DNA of 63,779 nucleotides, counting the filler, from Folioceros fuciformis (Eukaryota), in assembly GCA_049999805.1 (NCBI GenBank). It is 9 parts of 9 records of this genome, joined end to end, with 100 filler letters (N's around TTAATTAATTAA, not from the genome) between each part and the next. Parts side by side here need not be neighbours in the genome. Positions count along the whole stretch, not along the records: positions 61,127 to 62,372 come from JBNGIO010002003.1; positions 62,473 to 63,779 come from JBNGIO010002016.1; 7 more parts are not named here. The stretch is one strand, 5' to 3'. The notes below the pieces were generated by a model. The model did no database searches. It saw nothing but the letters and a program-made list of their open reading frames with translations, and was not told the DNA's origin. Position numbers and translations under genes: made by a program. Each line of letters begins with the position of its first letter. Position 1 is the stretch's first letter. This document shows positions 61,127-63,779 of this stretch, in pieces.

Positions 61127-62372
61127 TCCTGGTCGTGGCACAATAGACCTGCCAGTTCCATCAGGGCATGTGTCAACATTACATGATGTCTACTATGTTC
61201 CAGACATGACTCGGAATTTGATTTCAGTCAGAAAGCTCAATGCTGACAATCATTGTCACATTCTATTCACACATGCAGAATGTCAAGTACTAGATGCATT
61301 TAATCACAATAAAGTACTTGCCTATGGGTCATCAGACAAAGACTTGTTTCGTCTCTATACAGACAGTAGTGTACCAACTTCAAATCTAACACAAGATGCC
61401 AACACTGTATCTACACAACAGACAGAAAAAGTTAAGTTGTGGCATAAGCGATTAGGTCATCCACATTCAGCAAAACTTCAGAAACTTGCTGTTTGTAATC
61501 TTTACCAGAATGGGCCTATAGGGCAGTTGGCATCACTTCCCTTGTGTGAGTCTTGTGTTTTTTCAAAGAGGCATCAAGCAGCCTTCAGAAATAAGGCTCC
61601 ACATAGAGCCTGTGAGGTTCTAGAACTAGTACAGACAGATTTGTGTGGACCTTTATCTCAAGAATCCATAGGAGGTGGTAGATACTTCCTAACTTTTACT
61701 GATGATAAGACAAGGTTTGTCACCACCTACATATTGAAGCAGAAAAGTGAATGTTTCAGTCACTTCAGAGAATACATCAAGTATGCTGAAAGATGGACTG
61801 GAAAACAACTCAAAACTTTAAACCCAGAAAACGGGGGAGAATTTACCTCCAATCAATTTCAGGCTTACTGTGTAGCTAAGGGAATTGGGTGCCAGCTAAC
61901 AGTAGTTTACACTCCTCAGCAAAACGGAGTTGCTGAGTGCCTTAATCTTACCCTGCAAGAAATGACATCTTCTTTGTTATATCAAGCACAACTTCCATTG
62001 CCATACTGGGCAGAAGCTATAATGACTGCAACTTATCTTAAAAACCGGTTGCCAACTGCTTCTGTCATAGGCCAGACCCCCTTTGAAGCCTTCACAAAGC
62101 GAAAGCCTTCTATTCTTCACTTGCGCACATTTGGATGTGTTGCATATGCTTTTATACCTAAAGAGAAAAGGCAAAAGCTGTCAGACAAGGCCAAAAAGCT
62201 ACTTATGTTAGGCTACACGGAAGGAATTAAAGCTTTTAAGCTCTATGATGTATCTAAGAACAAAGTTGTTTATGCAAGGAGCGTTACCTTCAAAGAAAAC
62301 CAAAATTGGGTCTTAGTGGGAGCTATTCAAGATGTGGACACCGCTCCAATGGATGATGACACTTCTTTTGAT
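61127..62372 (+). mobile_element. Ty1/copia pol fragment: end of protease region, GAG-pre-integrase, integrase core
   Basis: VYYVPDMTRNLISV, LWHKRLGH, CESC, LELVQTDLCGP, YFLTFTDD, NGGEF, YTPQQNGVAE, WAEAIMTATYLKNR, HLRTFGC. Confidence 0.95.
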
Positions 62373-62472
62373 NNNNNNNNNNNNNNNNNNNNNNNNNNNN
62401 NNNNNNNNNNNNNNNNTTAATTAATTAANNNNNNNNNNNNNNNNNNNNNNNNNNNNNNNNNNNNNNNNNNNN

Positions 62473-63779
62473 CCAAGTGGCTACATCACAATGGAATTGC
62501 CATGGCTATCCTCATCAATGGCCTGGATGCAGATCTTGTGCCTGATATTGAGTTCTTGGACACAGTAGAGGCCATATGGCATCAGTTGGAAACCACTTAT
62601 CACTCAACTAACATGATGTCCCTATCTGCTGTAAGAATGGAATTTTACGCCTTGAAAATGAAGGAGGGAGAGAAGATTGCTGTCCATACCAGCAAGTTCC
62701 GACATCTGCGTGCCCAGATCACGTCGCTGACTGGAAATAAGATGGCGGAAGTCGAAGCTGTATCCCAGCTCCTTATTAGTCTCCCACCCTCATATCAGAA
62801 TTTCGTCACAGCCCAGAATGGCCCTGTTAAGCCTGCTGCTGCTGGAGGTGTCGCTACTGCTGCCCCCACTATTGAGGACATCATTGGCGCTCTCTACCAG
62901 GAAGAACAGGCGCACACTCTCTCTGGTCATGTTCCTAAGAACAAGGCACAGCGAGTGTTAGCTGTGAATTCTCGTTTTCTCAAAGGAAAGGGGAAATTCA
63001 AAGGGGAAAGTAACCAGGCTGGACCTGGAGGCTTTTTTGGGCGGACTGGTCCATCCAGCAGTTCAGCTAAGAGACCAGGATCGTGCAACTGGTGTGGCAC
63101 CCCTGGCCACTGGGCAAGAGAATGCCGAAGAAAGAAGGCAGGTGAGCCACAGCGACAGCCGAAGGCAAACTCTGCTGTCAAGGAAAAGAACTCTGGAGAA
63201 ACAAAGGCGCCAGTTAAGATTCTTACTGTGTGCTTGTCCAGTTCCTTAAATGATGATGGCAGCTGGTACTTGGATTCCGGAGCCACGACTCATATCTGCA
63301 AGGACAGGGAGTTGTTTACTACCCTTAACCTTAGTCATGTTAGTGACAAGGTGCTACTCGGAGATGAGCAAAGTACAACCAGTCTGTGCATTGATGGCAG
63401 AGGTACTTGCATATTTCGGCTGCAGGACGGTACACACCTTAGTTTGAGTGATGTCTTGTATGTCCCAAGTATGGCTAAAAATCTCATGTCCATGAGCCAG
63501 CTCCTCTGCCTTTGCACCTTCTGTATGCGTGCTGATTCTAACCACTGCTCCTTCTACAGAAAGGCATACCCAGATACATGTGTCTTCAAAGGTATTTTAG
63601 ATCACGATCTGTATCGGTTGAATATCAATTGCGGCCCTGCTGTCGTTCCCCAGCCTGTCGCTAACTCAACCACATTGAATACAGTTAGTGCACAACAGGA
63701 GGCAGTGTTATGGCACGCTAGACTAGGTCACATTAATAGGGCTAAGCTCATTGATATGTCCGTCACCGAATGTCACAAG
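62473..63779 (+). mobile_element. Ty1/copia gag-pol fragment (gag, zinc knuckle, aspartic protease, GAG-pre-integrase); frame appears open to the window end
   Basis: LLISLPPSYQNF, CNWCGTPGHWAREC, WYLDSGATTHIC, VLYVPSMAKNLMSM, LWHARLGH. Probably absent from the ORF track because no stop is reached. Confidence 0.93.

Overview
Eukaryotic (land-plant) nuclear DNA, not prokaryotic. It consists of nine contigs joined by eight artificial 100-nt linkers (N-run, TTAATTAATTAA, N-run). Genes are tightly packed with short GT-AG introns and include a ciliary dynein assembly factor (DNAAF4), which points to a plant with flagellated sperm. A hornwort or other bryophyte, or a lycophyte, is my inference and is not proven. 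Recognisable host genes: F-box/kelch-like (partial), DNAAF4, 2-oxoglutarate dehydrogenase E2, profilin, an MDR oxidoreductase, FtsHi5, a RAY1-like GT77, an MFS transporter, GAPN/ALDH11, an O-fucosyltransferase, separase and a CLC channel (partial). The rest is transposon debris: Ty3/gypsy, three Ty1/copia pieces, an RLE-type LINE remnant and two copies of a TE-associated coiled-coil ORF. The standout feature is fragmented in the ORF track: a complete gene of about 11-12 exons (~16400-19180) for a bacterial-type class A beta-lactamase/PBP-fold serine hydrolase. It has intact SxxK, SDN and KTG motifs, a 60-70 aa insert at the omega-loop position and a possible transit peptide. It lies 173 bp upstream of an MDR gene with a Cys-rich repeat N-terminus. 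All exon models were built by eye.
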